From: Candidatus Krumholzibacteriota bacterium
GTDB lineage: Bacteria > Krumholzibacteriota > Krumholzibacteriia > LZORAL124-64-63
Direction of reading: 5' to 3'
Assembly: GCA_039714075.1 (NCBI GenBank)
Contig: JBDLKA010000043.1
Coordinates: 1 to 27,148, forward strand
Length of the DNA: 27,148 nt
The position numbers were made by a program, and so were the translations under genes. Below are positions 27,116 to 27,148 of this stretch, one piece after another (position 1 is the stretch's first letter; the number at the start of each line of letters is the position of its first letter). The notes under the pieces are model-generated. The model saw nothing but the letters and a program-made list of their open reading frames with translations. It did no database searches and was not told where the DNA came from.

Positions 27116-27148
27116 ATGCTCCGGCGTCCCCGGTTCATTTGGATTCTG
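27116..27148 (+). CDS. Start of a probable exported/membrane protein (3'-truncated)
   Basis: AAAGGAG RBS then ATG; MLRRPRFIWIL looks like a signal peptide n/h-region. Only 11 codons are visible. Confidence 0.55.
   Translation, partial: MLRRPRFIWIL

Noticed and set aside
1..27148. CRISPR arrays, tRNA/rRNA, IS elements, prophage or defence genes
   Set aside because: No regularly spaced repeats, cloverleafs, or transposase/integrase/nuclease motifs were seen; nearly all sequence is accounted for by housekeeping genes.

Overview
High-GC (roughly 65% by eye) bacterial chromosomal segment from a diderm-type organism (lipoproteins, SPOR and OmpA-like domains). It is almost entirely core/housekeeping. 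In order: 5'-truncated pnp, M16 peptidase and an atypical-composition GNAT gene (+); a converging minus-strand block (multi-TM TPR/Zn-finger protein, DUF4388 protein, class I/II PLP aminotransferase); ktrB-ktrA; an orphan MotB/OmpA-like lipoprotein; a class V cysteine desulfurase-family gene (-); SPOR lipoprotein, cyclophilin and uvrA; gcvT-H-PA-PB plus a lipoate ligase/octanoyltransferase; a Dpp/Opp-type ABC operon (two permeases, fused double ATPase); and the start of an exported-protein gene behind a near-consensus promoter and a structured leader. I see no rRNA, tRNA, CRISPR array, transposase or integrase. The best candidates for undescribed biology are (i) the TPR/Zn-finger + DUF4388 pair, where the latter carries a degenerate MshEN-like repeat and a pseudopilin-like exported head, (ii) a switch-like ~195-nt leader RNA with an internal terminator at the window end, (iii) a KtrB with a voltage-sensor-like N-terminal extension, and (iv) a split glycine decarboxylase retaining a C-terminal CxC. 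All family calls are by-eye motif recognition; no searches were run.
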